Below are positions 1 through 11,187 of a DNA stretch of 64,000 nucleotides, in pieces. Location: the NCBI GenBank assembly GCA_010356995.1, contig ML996695.1, forward strand, positions 505,061-569,060, given 5' to 3'. The notes below the pieces were generated by a model. The model was not told where the DNA came from and ran no database searches. It saw only the letters and a program-made list of their open reading frames with translations. This DNA comes from Trichodelitschia bisporula. Lineage: Eukaryota. Both the position numbers and the translations under genes were made by a program. Every line of letters begins with the position of its first letter. The stretch's first letter is position 1.

Positions 1-1876
1 CACTGATGAGGCGCAGCCTTTGACGAAGACTAGCGATGGAAGTTAAAACGTCGCGTGCCTCTCCTTCTCTTCTCGTTGCTCGGGAGTAGAATACGCTCAC
101 CTCATCTCCTCGCGCTCATCGCATGCAGTCAGTGGACTGACACCTTCAACGTCAATCACCACCCCCCCATCCCCTCCTCCTCTATTCGTTAGTGGCCGCA
201 AACACGAGTCGCATTCTTTGCAGCGGCACGGGAAGCGCTGGCTGCGGCTCACAGCCCCGCGGGGCAATGGCGCACTGTGGCTTGGCCGCATTTGCTGGCG
301 TGCAGAGGTGTTTGCGGTGGGAGAATGGGTGACATTTGATATTCGATGCCTTTTTGAAGCATCTCAAGTGACCTGCGTCAAGTACCTTGCCTCTCGAATC
401 ATCAGTCATCTGCAGTCAATTCCCGTCCACTTCTCTCAGCTGTTGCTTACCGTACAAGCATCATCTGACGAACGGCGGCGGTAAGTACATCCGTAGATTA
501 GGGAGGAGAAGGAGGGACAATGAAAATCTCTTGGTTTTTCTCGGCTGCTTGCGGCAGCGATAGTGAGAATAATGAAGACCGGCGTGGAGACACTACTGGT
601 TCTACTGGACAGCTACAAGGCATCACCAAAAGTTAACCTGCGGTAGGTGAAGGAGCAAAGAGGAGCCTCAGGGCCAATGGTGATGTGTGTACCGCAAATG
701 ACCTTGCTATCGGGCTATGTAGTGTTGAACTACTTCAGCCATTGATCTCATCTGTCTCTCTAACCTCTTTGTCCACCTTCTTTCTCCAGTCTCCACACTA
801 CTCCACTATCAGCACTTCATCTCCGCCGGCGAACGATCCCTTCCTCTTGTCCCCCAGTCCCTTTACTACCGTACAGTGCCCTTGACCCTCGCCCCCTCTC
901 CTCCCGTTGGCGGCGCCGGTGGGGCGTTTACCCCAAGTCGCTGACTCCTTGGCATTGGCCACAAAGGCATCAGATGTACCTGCCCGTCCGAATGATGATC
1001 AGCTTCATTCTGTCTTCACTTCGGCTTCTGGTCATCTTTTCTGTGGTTAACGCGGGTCCAGATTTCAGTTAGCAAACCATAATCCTGAATCCAGCCCCCC
1101 CTAGAGCCTCTACTGCTTGCGTATCCCCCCCCGTCCTAGTGCCAGTACTTGTCCCTTTCAGCTTGACGAAAGGCGTTGAGTTTTCGGCGGAAGCAAGTTG
1201 CATTTATCCCTATCGCGTTGGCACCACTTGGACTTCCCTGCATTCCCCACTCCCCCTGCCCGCTACAGTATCATCTCAACATCTGGAACGTATCTACTCT
1301 TCAATATCCGATCTCATGCCTGCCAGGGCATGAAATCTAGAGCCATCCCACCCAGCGCTACCGTTTCTCCCCCGCTGGTTAGCCACCCTCATCCATCCAC
1401 CATCCGTCCCCATCCTTTTTGCGACTTCTAACAACCACTCTCCTCGTCTTTCTAGCTTTTCATCGCGTGTAACCGTTCCACCACGCAATCTCAATTCTCT
1501 CGAGCGCTCTCTGCGAAAAGGCACGGGTGTTCCTTTCACCGCGCCGCACCCCTCCGCCACCCTTGCAGACGCAATCCACTCACGTCCGACACTCCCCCAA
1601 GGAGGCGACGTTTAGTTTCATTCAACCCGCAACCACCACCTTCCGTCTCCAATTCCTTCGGTCGCTCCTTTTATCACCCAACAAGCCTCTCAACTCTCCC
1701 AACCACTCTCCGCGCCAGCAACCCTGGCGTCCGCCTCCATTACTGCAACGCAGCACCGCCGCCGCCGCTCCTCCGCCGTTAACATCCTCCCCGAAGACCC
1801 TCGCCGGTCAAGTCCACACGTGCTCGCCGCCTCGTCGGGCCTGCAAAACCTCGGCGAGGGCCCCGAGACTCACGCT

Positions 1877-3388
1877 ATGTCGCTATCGCGGTCGCCCTCC
1901 CCGCAACGAGGCGGCGGCTGGGCCAGTCCCGGCCTGACTACACCGTACAACAGCTCGAGCCGCCGCGCCAGCCCCATCCGCACATACCCCAACGGCGGCA
2001 GCGGCGCGAGCAATGTCTCCTGGGCCAGCGCCCAGGCGAAGAGCGCCGAGGTGCGCGGGTACCCGTCGTTTGAGCCGCGGAGGCAGGGCTTTGCGGGTCA
2101 CCTCCGCAAGTTCTCGGCTAAGCTGCCGTACTTCAATGGCAAGGACTATGCAGATAAAGAGAAGTTGGGTCGTGGGAGAGGGAGGGTTGCGAGGGCGAAA
2201 GAGGTGCTGGCGTTTGTTGGGCGGGTTGCGTGGAGATTCAGACTGCGGTTGGCGGTTGTGTCTACGTTTTTGCTCTGCGTTCTGCTGTTTTACGTCACTC
2301 GTAAGTTTCACTCTTTTGTCATCGTGACGTAGCTAACCGGTCAGCGCTGCACCGTGCGTACCGGAGAAGTAGCATGCTCGGCGGCGGGAACAAGTTCGTA
2401 ATAATCCTTGGCGCAAATGAAGGCGGCGGCGTTATGGAGTGGAAGGGGCCGCGGGAGTGGGCCATTGAGCGGGACTCCATCAAGAACAAGAAGAATTATG
2501 CGAAGCGATGGGGTTATGAGCTTGAGATTGTTGACATGAGCACCAAGAAGCGCTATGCGCATGAGTGGCGCGAGAGCTGGGAGAAAGCGGACATTTTCCG
2601 CAATGCCATGCGCAAGTACCCGCACGCCGAATGGTGAGTGTGCTCCTTATGCTATCATGAGTTCGCCTGACATCCCTAGGTTTTGGTGGGTCGACCTCAA
2701 TACCTTCATCATGGAGCCGACATACTCGCTCCAGTCGCACATCTTCAACCAGCTCAACCGGGTCACATACCGCGACATCAACCACTACAACCCGCTCAAC
2801 ATCTCCCACCCCTTGACCGAAGAGTACCTGGACGAGAACACACGGTCTGCCATCGGTGATGGCAGGCCCGAATCAATCAACCTGCTTGTACCCCAAGACT
2901 GCAGCGGCTTCAATCTAGGCTCCTTCTTCATGCGGCGCAGCGTGTGGACCGACCGCCTGCTGGACATATGGTGGGACCCCGTGGGCTACGAGCAGAAGCA
3001 CATGGAGTGGGAGCACAAGGAGCAGGACGCGCTCGAGTACCTGTACACCAACCAGCCGTGGATTCGCCCGCATGTGGCGTTTTTGCCGCAGCGGAGGATT
3101 AATAGCTTCCCGCCTGGGGCGTGTGGAGAGAAGGGCGATAATCCGAAGATTCATTACAGCTCGCTGGACCGCGACTTTTTGGTCAATATGGCGGGTTGTG
3201 AGTGGGGGCGCGATTGCTGGAAGGAGATGTACAATTACCGCCAGTTAAGCAATCGGTTGAACCGGAATCCGTGGGAGAGGTTCAAGGACGGCATCAGCGA
3301 GGGGTTTGAAGCAATGTTGAAGAGGAAGAAGGTGGAGAAGAAGACGGAGAAGAAGGAGGAGGAGAAAAAGGAGGAGAAAAAGGGATGA
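1877..3388 (+). CDS. MNN10: Alpha-1,6-mannosyltransferase, GT34 family (Mnn10/GMH-like), 3 exons
   Basis: ATG at 1877. Introns 2301-2344 (GTAAGT..GCTAAC..CAG) and 2634-2679 (GTGAGT..CTGAC..TAG). Type II transmembrane segment, then motifs NKKNYAKRWGY, HEWRESWEK, W-FWWVDLNT, QDCSGFNLGSFF, EHKEQDAL and VNMAGCEWGRDCW. Confidence 0.92.
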
Positions 3389-3899
3389 TGGAACGGGTGG
3401 GGTCTGGTTTCCTTGAGCGCGTCATCGTCTGCTTCTCATCCTCAACTGCATCTTTAGCTTTACGGCATTTAGTTCGCGCTGGGACTGGCGCGGGGGAATC
3501 CGGTGTTTCGGTGTCTTCTTCTTCCTTTTTGGCGGAGTTGTGGGGAAAGACAGTGGGATAGAACGAGATGTTGGGGAAAACTGGGTATTGCTTTTACTCT
3601 GAAGTCTTTTCTTTTGGTCTGGTACTACGGGTCTATCGACATGTCTCCCTCGGGCGCTGGGTTTGTACATAGCGGCGTGCGGGGGAGCGTTAATAGCGTA
3701 ATGGGCCTGTGACATTGCCACTGCGGGGACGGGCGTGAAACTGATGTGCGTGGGGTGCGTTGACCCCACCTTCAGCCTTTCGTCTTACGGGTGCCCAACT
3801 CCGTACATACTGCCGGTCTCATCCCCATAGGGCCGACGACACGCATTATCTGGCCGAACTCGAACACAAGCAGCCCACGCCGCAAAGTCTAGCAAATGG

Positions 3900-4495
3900 G
3901 CCAAGGCCTACTCGAACAAATCGTGGCCCCGCCAAGCTGTCCTCCCACGCCCCCCTGACAACCGTCGACTACGAGTATCCGAGTGCTCTCTCCAATCCTC
4001 CACAACATCGATAAACTTTCTACTTTTTAGGTTCGGGGTTTTTATACTATGTGCCAAAGTTTTTCGTATATTCAAACATATCATAAACCTCGTGTTGAAT
4101 TGTGATTTATGTTGCGATTTAGCGTCGCTACGAATTTTGAAGATATGCCTTGGTCCTGCTGTCGAGCACCCGGTCTCACACTCGAGCAAATGGCCTCACT
4201 GTCGGGTCACCAGTGAGTGCGCTCACAAGCCGCGCCGGCGAATCCGGCCCGGCCACAAAGCCGCTCGAAAGCGGCTGGTTCTCGACAAAGGCCCCTTGGC
4301 CGCACTGCGGCTGGTGAACAATGAGGGGGAGCGGGGGCCACCACACGCGGCTGAGGACAAAGGGTGGGCGGCGGGGGCGAGACAGAGCGGCCTTCTTCAT
4401 TCAACGTTGCGGGCTTTCTTTCACGGCACTGCTTCTGAGTTGTGAACTAAGCGGCGAAGGGTTGGCTTCACTGCGGATGCTCTGGATTTTTGCGT
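3900..4495 (+). ncRNA. Putative telomerase RNA (TER); 5' end approximate
   Basis: No credible ORF. Ordered elements: long-range helix 3927-3944/4353-4376; hairpin 3973-3988; template-like CTCCAATCCTCCA 3990-4002; pseudoknot 4009-4092; several perfect hairpins 4195-4310; P6/P6.1-like domain 4383-4484; Sm site ATTTTTG 4486-4492; GTGAGT donor at 4496. See findings. Confidence 0.65.
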
Positions 4496-5012
4496 GTGAG
4501 TTTGCTATGAGGTAGATGGAGTTTTGGGGGAATTTGAGATGGGGATGATACTGATGGTATATATCAGCCTGATACCGGGTTTGGGCGACATCCCGCGAGA
4601 GAGCGGCGAGTATTCTTACCGGGCGGGGCCTTGGGTTGCGAGAAGGTTTGTTGGTCTGGCTTCGAGGGAGAGGGGAGTCACTGATGATATCACAGATCTT
4701 TGTGCGCATTAACATTCCGAGGGGACATATGAAGCCCGCGAGGTCGCGGCCGAAACCGAGTCTCGATCCTGTAGATCGGTTTGACATACTCACAAGTCAG
4801 TCCATCATATTGCGAGCTGCTGGCAGCTTTTGAACTGACAGAATTATTCAGCCGTTCTGAGCCGCGCCGCCTTTCCTCGACATTTCCAACCGCCCCTTCG
4901 TCTCTGGCACCTTGAACTCCCGGGTCGAGATTTATCAAACGCCGCCGCGCCGGACAGCCTTGCCTAAACGGCACTCATCACTCTCCACCGTCGTACGATA
5001 CCACCAGCAAAG

Positions 5013-5831
5013 ATGTGCATCTACAAACTCTACATCTTCACCGCTTGCGGGCACCACATCTTCGACACGCGCCCGCTCATGCAATGCGACGCGAAGAAGC
5101 GGCAGCTAGCCATCGACACCGAGAATATCCCCACCGAAAACGCCGCAAACCCCCCCTCCCCAGGCCCCGCCTCCTCGGTTTACACTTCCTCCACCGTCTC
5201 CCTAACACCGCACACCTACTCCAGCATCGGGTACATCACCGCGCTCGTCACGCCCGGCACAACACCCAGCACCACGGCTGGCACACCTGTCGTCGGTCCC
5301 GGGACGAAGGCCCTCCCCGACGCACCTACGCGGTTCTCGCTCCCACCGTCGCGCTTCTGGAACAGCACACCCGCACAACTCCCCTCCGACACCGCGAAAC
5401 CCCTCCCCCCCGCACCCATCCTCAGCCCCACCACCGCGCGCGCAAAGCGCAGCCTGGCCACAGATTCAAACACGCACAAGGCACTCACCGGCAACAACAC
5501 GTGCGTGCCGCGCGGCCATCCGCTGCGCACGTTCCGTCTCGAGCACTTGTGCCGGAACTGCGAAATGGGTCGCCAGGCCAGATTGGAAGAACTGGAGGAA
5601 GAGGTGGTGATCGAAGTGCGGGTGCCGGAGCGGAAGTGGAGGGTTAATTACGAGAGGCGGCAGAAGGAAGGGTGGAAGGCGTGGGGGAGTCAGGAGGTTA
5701 GGATTGAGGATCTGGTTGCGCAGAGGGAGGAGGAGGCTATGAGGGGGAGTGTGGGGCGGATGGTGCTTCGGAGACGGTCTGGATCGGCTGGTGGGTCGGC
5801 TGCCGGGCCAGCTGGCGGATCGGCCGAGTAA
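5013..5831 (+). CDS. Hypothetical fungal protein with N-terminal MC..CGH and later CxxC (possible Zn-binding) motifs
   Basis: 272-aa ORF with good ATG context (AAGATG). The MCIYKLYIFTACGHH start and HLCRNC motif are a pattern common in fungal hypothetical proteins. Confidence 0.7.
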   Translation: MCIYKLYIFTACGHHIFDTRPLMQCDAKKRQLAIDTENIPTENAANPPSPGPASSVYTSSTVSLTPHTYSSIGYITALVTPGTTPSTTAGTPVVGPGTKALPDAPTRFSLPPSRFWNSTPAQLPSDTAKPLPPAPILSPTTARAKRSLATDSNTHKALTGNNTCVPRGHPLRTFRLEHLCRNCEMGRQARLEELEEEVVIEVRVPERKWRVNYERRQKEGWKAWGSQEVRIEDLVAQREEEAMRGSVGRMVLRRRSGSAGGSAAGPAGGSAE

Positions 5832-6169
5832 TAAGATTGAGCGGGACGGCACTACAATATTGCTGAGGTAATATGACTGGATTGCGACTGTTGTCGAGTT
5901 GATATGGACGTTGAGATGCGCTCAGATGTGACGTAGTGAGATAAGATGGATTAGATAAGATGGATGTGATTAGATTGTAGATCCAGGCTTGGCGCGCGGA
6001 GCTTCCGCAGACGTCGTGCTTGCGTCGTTGGAGATCCAATTCAAAGACAACTGAACTCGATTGCCATTGCGGCCCCGCACACCACGCTTGTGCTCTCCCG
6101 TGCTTTACTCTCACCCTTTACCAGTCCTTTGCCTCGTCCACCTTTCGATACGCGCCCTCCACCCTCAAA

Positions 6170-6521
6170 ATGCCGACCCCCGAGTCCGAAGCCTTCCTCG
6201 CGAAGAAGCCCACCGTCCCACCGACCTTCGACGGCGTCGACTACAGCGACCAGACGGCGCTGAAGGCGGCGCAGGATGCGGTGATTCGCGAGCAGTGGGT
6301 GCGCAGCATGATGGCACGACTGGTGAGGGAGGAGATGGGGAAGTGTTATCGGCGGGAGGGGAATAATCATTTGGAGAGGTGTGGGCATTTGCGTGGTGAG
6401 TGTTGGGAGTGATTGGATGGAGGTGGGGCTAATAAGGGTGGTAGAGAGGTACTTTGAGTTGCTGAAGGATGCGAAGGTGCGCGGGTATCTGTTTGAGCAG
6501 CAGAATTATGTTAGCAAGTAA
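6170..6521 (+). CDS. NDUFB10: NADH:ubiquinone oxidoreductase 12 kDa subunit (NDUFB10/PDSW-like), 2 exons
   Basis: MPTPESEAFLAKKPTVPPTFDGVDY..IREQWVRSMMARLVREEMGKCYRREGNNHLERCGHL. Intron 6396-6444 (GTGAGT..GCTAAT..TAG) continues into ERYFELLKDAKVRGYLFEQQNYVSK*. Confidence 0.9.
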
Positions 6522-6760
6522 GTTGAGTCTGGTGCGTGGGTTGGGTGGGCGAATGCTGATGAGTGTTAGGTGATGGAGGTGACACTGATAGATGAGTGTG
6601 GCGAGAGCTGCGGTGCGCTTCTTGTTCATAGTCGACAATGCACTCCGAGTTCGAGCCAGCGTCTTCACAAGGCATATGAGCACATCGACTAATCAATAGC
6701 AATGCATTTAAGGGAGCCTCTGACCCTAACGCCCAAATGAAATACAAGCATACCCATTAA

Positions 6761-8239
6761 CTAACCCTCAGATGATTGATTGACACCAAAAAAATTAGCC
6801 CAGGGCGGGATCTCGTCCTCCTCGACATCCGACCAGTTCGCATTATACTCCTCCCACTCGCCCACCGGCTCCGGATACATCTCCGGGTCTGCCGCAAGCC
6901 TGCGAAGATAAAACTCCTGGCCCTCCGTGGGAAACTCCATCGCATCCCAGAGATCGCAAAGATCGATGCTGTCCTCCCACTCCTTGACAAGCGGGAACGC
7001 CTTCTCATTCGTCGTGTACGCCAGCTGGGTCAGCTTCGTGCAGAACACCGTCCACCAATATATCTCATCCGGATCCAGACTCGCCTTGTGCTGGCGGAAC
7101 TCAAGCGTCTTCGGCCCCTCCGTCTCCGGATCACGGTGTATGAACGAAAAATTGACAACGTAGTACCTCGCCTTTCCGACAAACTCCCGCAGCCGCTTCC
7201 ACTTCTCCTCTGGCGTCATCCCATGATCCACATGCTTGAACAAACACAACCGCACATAAGACATGGGCCGGTACACCGCCGACACTCGCTTTTTGACAAC
7301 CTTTTTCGCCTCATCATCCCACTCCATAATCTCCCGCGGCCGGCTCCCAACCGTCGTAAACTCGCGCCTGTTGCTCCGCAGATGCGGGCTGAACTCGGGG
7401 CGCCGCTCCACCGGGTGCAACCGCGCAATCTGGTCCTCGTACACGGCAAGGATGTACGCAAGCTGGCGCATCGCAGCCAGGGTATGCGGGCGCCCATCCT
7501 GCCGGCCAACATGGACATGCATCGAGCCCCCGCGGGCAGCCACAACCCGCACCTCTTTCGCTTTGCCGAACTCTTCCATAATGTCCTCGACGTCTCTTTT
7601 GAGTTTACCGATCTCGCTGAGGGAGTTTGCGGTGAAGAGCGGCGAGCGCAGGGCCAGGCCGGCCACGTCCCAGTTCTCAGCCGCGGCGGCGTTAGGCATG
7701 TCCTTGGGGAAGAGTTTGATTTTTTGAGAGGTGATGAGGCCGCCGAGGGCCGGCTGGAGGCGGGATGACCACACGTCGTCCCCGAGCACGGTGGGCCCGG
7801 TGTGGCCGGGTATATCGTCGGCTACGACGAGTTCGGTGCGGACGAGATCCGTGAGGGCCGTGGCCAGGATGAGACAGGGCTCGCCCATGTAGGCTCTGAG
7901 CGTCGCTGTGTCGGTCTTGATGTTCGGCACCATCGTGCCAGGGTTGGGTGTGGTGTCGTGGAGCGCCCAGTTGCGGAAGGGGACGTCGGGATGGGATTTG
8001 TAGCGCAGCTTCTCGGCTTGGTGTTCGGTGGGTTTTTTGGTCACGCCGGTGAGGGGGGTGGTGTTGAGGAGCATGGCCTCGGTGAAGGCGATGTGGAGCT
8101 CGGTTTTGATGCCGATTGATAGGGGAGGGGGTTTTGAGGGGGGTGCGGCGGCGGGTCTCATGAAGGGAGGTAGGACGCCAGAGTCGTCGGTGGAGTGGGC
8201 GGTTTTGAGCTTTTTAGTTGGGGGGGTGGCGTCGGACAT
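6761..8239 (-). CDS. Putative amidoligase (Amidoligase_2-like, COOH-NH2 ligase fold) domain protein
   Basis: Single long ORF, likely start MSDATPP at 8239 (an upstream in-frame ATG lies at 8347). Motifs GGSMHVHVG, YEDQIARLHP..R, RYYVVNF and TLEFRQHKASLD...WWTVFC are typical of fungal amidoligase-domain proteins. Confidence 0.75.
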   Translation of the reverse strand: MSDATPPTKKLKTAHSTDDSGVLPPFMRPAAAPPSKPPPLSIGIKTELHIAFTEAMLLNTTPLTGVTKKPTEHQAEKLRYKSHPDVPFRNWALHDTTPNPGTMVPNIKTDTATLRAYMGEPCLILATALTDLVRTELVVADDIPGHTGPTVLGDDVWSSRLQPALGGLITSQKIKLFPKDMPNAAAAENWDVAGLALRSPLFTANSLSEIGKLKRDVEDIMEEFGKAKEVRVVAARGGSMHVHVGRQDGRPHTLAAMRQLAYILAVYEDQIARLHPVERRPEFSPHLRSNRREFTTVGSRPREIMEWDDEAKKVVKKRVSAVYRPMSYVRLCLFKHVDHGMTPEEKWKRLREFVGKARYYVVNFSFIHRDPETEGPKTLEFRQHKASLDPDEIYWWTVFCTKLTQLAYTTNEKAFPLVKEWEDSIDLCDLWDAMEFPTEGQEFYLRRLAADPEMYPEPVGEWEEYNANWSDVEEDEIPPWANFFGVNQSSEG

Positions 8240-8848
8240 GGTTGTGGTGGTTTGGGGATGGGTTTGAGGGTGGGTGAAGAGGTGGATGTGCTTGAGGTGG
8301 GGAAGAGGAGGAGGAGGTATTTCAACTCGCGGAGTGGTGGGCTTCATCTGTCGATTTTGGTTTGCTGCCGCTTTCGTCTACTCTTGTTCTTTATGCTGTC
8401 TGATGGCATGGATGCGAGGGCAAACTTTGCGTACCAGCACCATTCCCCCGCGATGCCAAAGACGGCCAGGAGGATCCTTCTGGACATTGATCCAATTCCG
8501 TACCCGCGTGAAATCCTAAGGCATTCCACAAACCCGACTCTCCCAGGAAATTCCCCGTCTCCCATCCCGAAAACGGCCATACATCACGTGTATACGCCTC
8601 GTCGCCTCAGCCTTCAAGGCTGCAAATTTGGCGCGGGGAAACGAAGCGCCGACGTCAGTCCACCGCGATGCTTATGTCCCGCCTTCAACCCCGCGCATCG
8701 TGTCGCATTCCGATCTGCGGTTCGCATTGCCGCCTCCACGAACGACCATTCCACATATCCAATCCTCAAGAATGAACTCCGCATCTACCGCGTAATCCAC
8801 AATCTTCAATCCACACCCTCAACCCCAGCAGAGGCCACAACCGCAACA

Positions 8849-10293
8849 ATGCCCTTCCTCTTCACCCTCCCCACAACATCCCACATCTCCTTCACCTTCT
8901 TCTTCAGCAGCACCACCCACCCTTCCCTCCCCCTAACCGCAACCTCCGCGCGCTCCCTCCTCCGCACCGCCCTAAAAACACACAAACGCCTTCCCGAACC
9001 CGCTCAAGCTTCCAACCTCCCAACCATAATATCCGCCCTAACATCCTACATCCCCTACCTCTTCGCGCTCGAAGCGGGGCTCAGCGGTATCCCGGTAGCG
9101 GGGGAGGAAATCGACATCGTCCTCCTCCGCGAACTCGATGTGACATGGAGGATGCCGCTCTCAGCACCGCCGCCCGGCCGGCGCAGCCCGCCGCGGACGA
9201 AGCTCCGCAGTTTAGAAGCAGAGCTCGCAATGGTCTTGACCACGCTCGCGCACGCACACACGCTCTCCGCGCGCGCCGCCCTGAGACCCTTACTCAGCAC
9301 CTCCGCCACGGACACTGTCTCTCCCGAAGGCCGCACGCAGGCCGTGGCGTCCGCGATGAACGCACTCATGACGGCGCACAGTCTATACACCTTTGTCCTC
9401 TCGCGCATCACAACCACCCCTCCTCCCCCACCTACACCCGCCGACCTAACCCCGGAAATGCTGTCCTCACTAGCATCCGGCGCTCTCGCCGAGGCCACGC
9501 TCCTCACTGTCTTGCGGGACGACCCGTATCCCGCGCTTGTTGCTGAGGAGCGGCGGGAAGCGAGCAATGATTGGATGTTCCGCGCGCCGACCGTACCGCG
9601 GGTGCGCGCCCACCTGTTTGCGAGACTGTGTCTAGCGGCTGGCGAGCATGCGGCGCGGGCTAGTGCGGCTGCAGCGGGGGTCCCCGGGGCGGAGGGGAGG
9701 TGGGGCGCGTACTGTGCGGATTTGAGACGGACGGCGCGGGCTAGAGCGGCACGGTTTTTGGGCGTGGATGCTGAGGCGGAGGGGAAGGGGGGCGAGGGGA
9801 TCGCGTGGATTCGTGGGGCGAAGGCCGAGCTCGGCTTGCCTGCTGAAGAGGGGTTAGGGAGACTGAGGCTTGGGTGGAGGGAGAGGAGGGAGGATAAGCG
9901 CGTGGAGCGGGGAGGGGAGTGGGGAGGTGATGCAGGGAAGTTGGAGGAGGGGAGGGTGTTGGAGCTTCTGGAGAGGAAGTGGGTTAAGATGAATGATACG
10001 GTGAGTTTTGGGAAGACCTCTTTTCGGGAATGAAGCTTATGATGAACTAGATTGGCATGCAGATCATTCCGCCACATGCCCCGCTCCTCGCTACTATGCC
10101 CTCCGGCCGCGAATACCATACTCCAAGGGCATATGTCCCACCACATCTGGATGCGGGTGCTGTCGCGAGGATGCGGGCCCCGCCTGATGCAAATGAGGTG
10201 CGGGGATTCCAGGGCGGGGGGGATGAGAGCGATTCTGAGGGGGAGGGGTATGAGAGTGCACAGGGTGTCAGCGCACCGGGGGCGTATTACTGA
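8849..10293 (+). CDS. palC: pH-response regulator PalC (BRO1-like domain), 2 exons
   Basis: Start MPFLFTLPTTSHISF; motifs DDPYPA, NDWMFRAPTVPRVRAHLFARLCLAA and WGGDAGKLEEGRV. Intron 10001-10050, then Q.IPP...LATMPSGREYH and a C-terminal GAYY*. Confidence 0.9.
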
Positions 10294-11187
10294 TTGCGCT
10301 GCTTGGGCGGGGATGCAGACATTGATGGTCGAAAGCTATGCCCGGTAATTGGCTTCTACCGGTTGTGTACGAGATGTGCCATTATCTTCTCTTCACTGGT
10401 TCACGGGAGCCAGTGTGTATAGCAGTTTTCAAGGAGGTGGACGGAATGAAGCAGAGGCACCAGTCGCCCGCGTCATGAGAAACGCATTGCCGCGAGTCGA
10501 GGTCATGCGAAGAATGGCGGAACGAGGAAGACCGGGCGAGAATGATACATATACAAGTTAGTTCAACCCATGAGTGTGCTATCGTAGCATGAGGAGCGTA
10601 TGTGTTGCTTAGTGAGATAGGTGACTTGAAGTGGACCGCCTCTCCGGCTCCCGAAGCCAATGCGGACTGTAAGATCTGTATAAGAAGTAAATTCAACACC
10701 CAACAGGCTCAAGGAACCTTCGAATGTCTACCAAAGAGTGCACACGAAATTTTCGCCCGTTAGGAGGTTCAAGGGACTCTCAGAGGCGCAGTTTCCTCGC
10801 CCCGCCACCTGGTCGTAACTGCTCTCCCCCTCACCGTGCCCCTTATTCAAAGCAGAGCGCTCCAGTTGTACCTGCCCCAAACCATTGAGGGCATTTCGTC
10901 ATCACCCTGCTGCCTACTTGTATACGCCCAACTTTTCCTTTCACCTCTTCTTTCCTCATCTTTCAATCAACCATCCCTCAAGCAGTCCCATCACTCAATC
11001 GTACCACCACTCAATCTCACCATTCACGAATCTTTTCATATAAGCATACGCTTGCTCATGGATACATTCTTCATGCTTGAAAGCATCCGTTTGCTGTTCC
11101 GGAATGGACAGCAGCACTTTATTGCAGATGGTATTGGGTGTACTACACCCAGTAGCCTACATGTCACTCCGCATGACCCCACAATAA

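Noticed and set aside
4055..4140. Alternative reading of the AT-rich segment as one long hairpin (MITE or miRNA-like precursor)
   Set aside because: The pairing is possible, but I see no terminal inverted repeat or target-site duplication, and the pseudoknot reading fits the surrounding TER-like elements better. Not fully excluded.
3900..4495. RNase P/MRP, SRP, U1, U2, U3, U5 or snR30 as identity of the structured RNA
   Set aside because: I could not find their hallmark motifs (GAAAGUCCCC or GGGAAAUUCGG, ACUUACCUG, GUAGUA, GCCUUUUAC, m1/m2) on either strand.
6776..7768. 330-aa plus-strand ORF and many other long antisense ORFs (e.g. 9055-10146, 26256-27737, 43334-44359)
   Set aside because: They are shadows of real genes on the opposite strand in GC-rich DNA and have no recognisable motifs.
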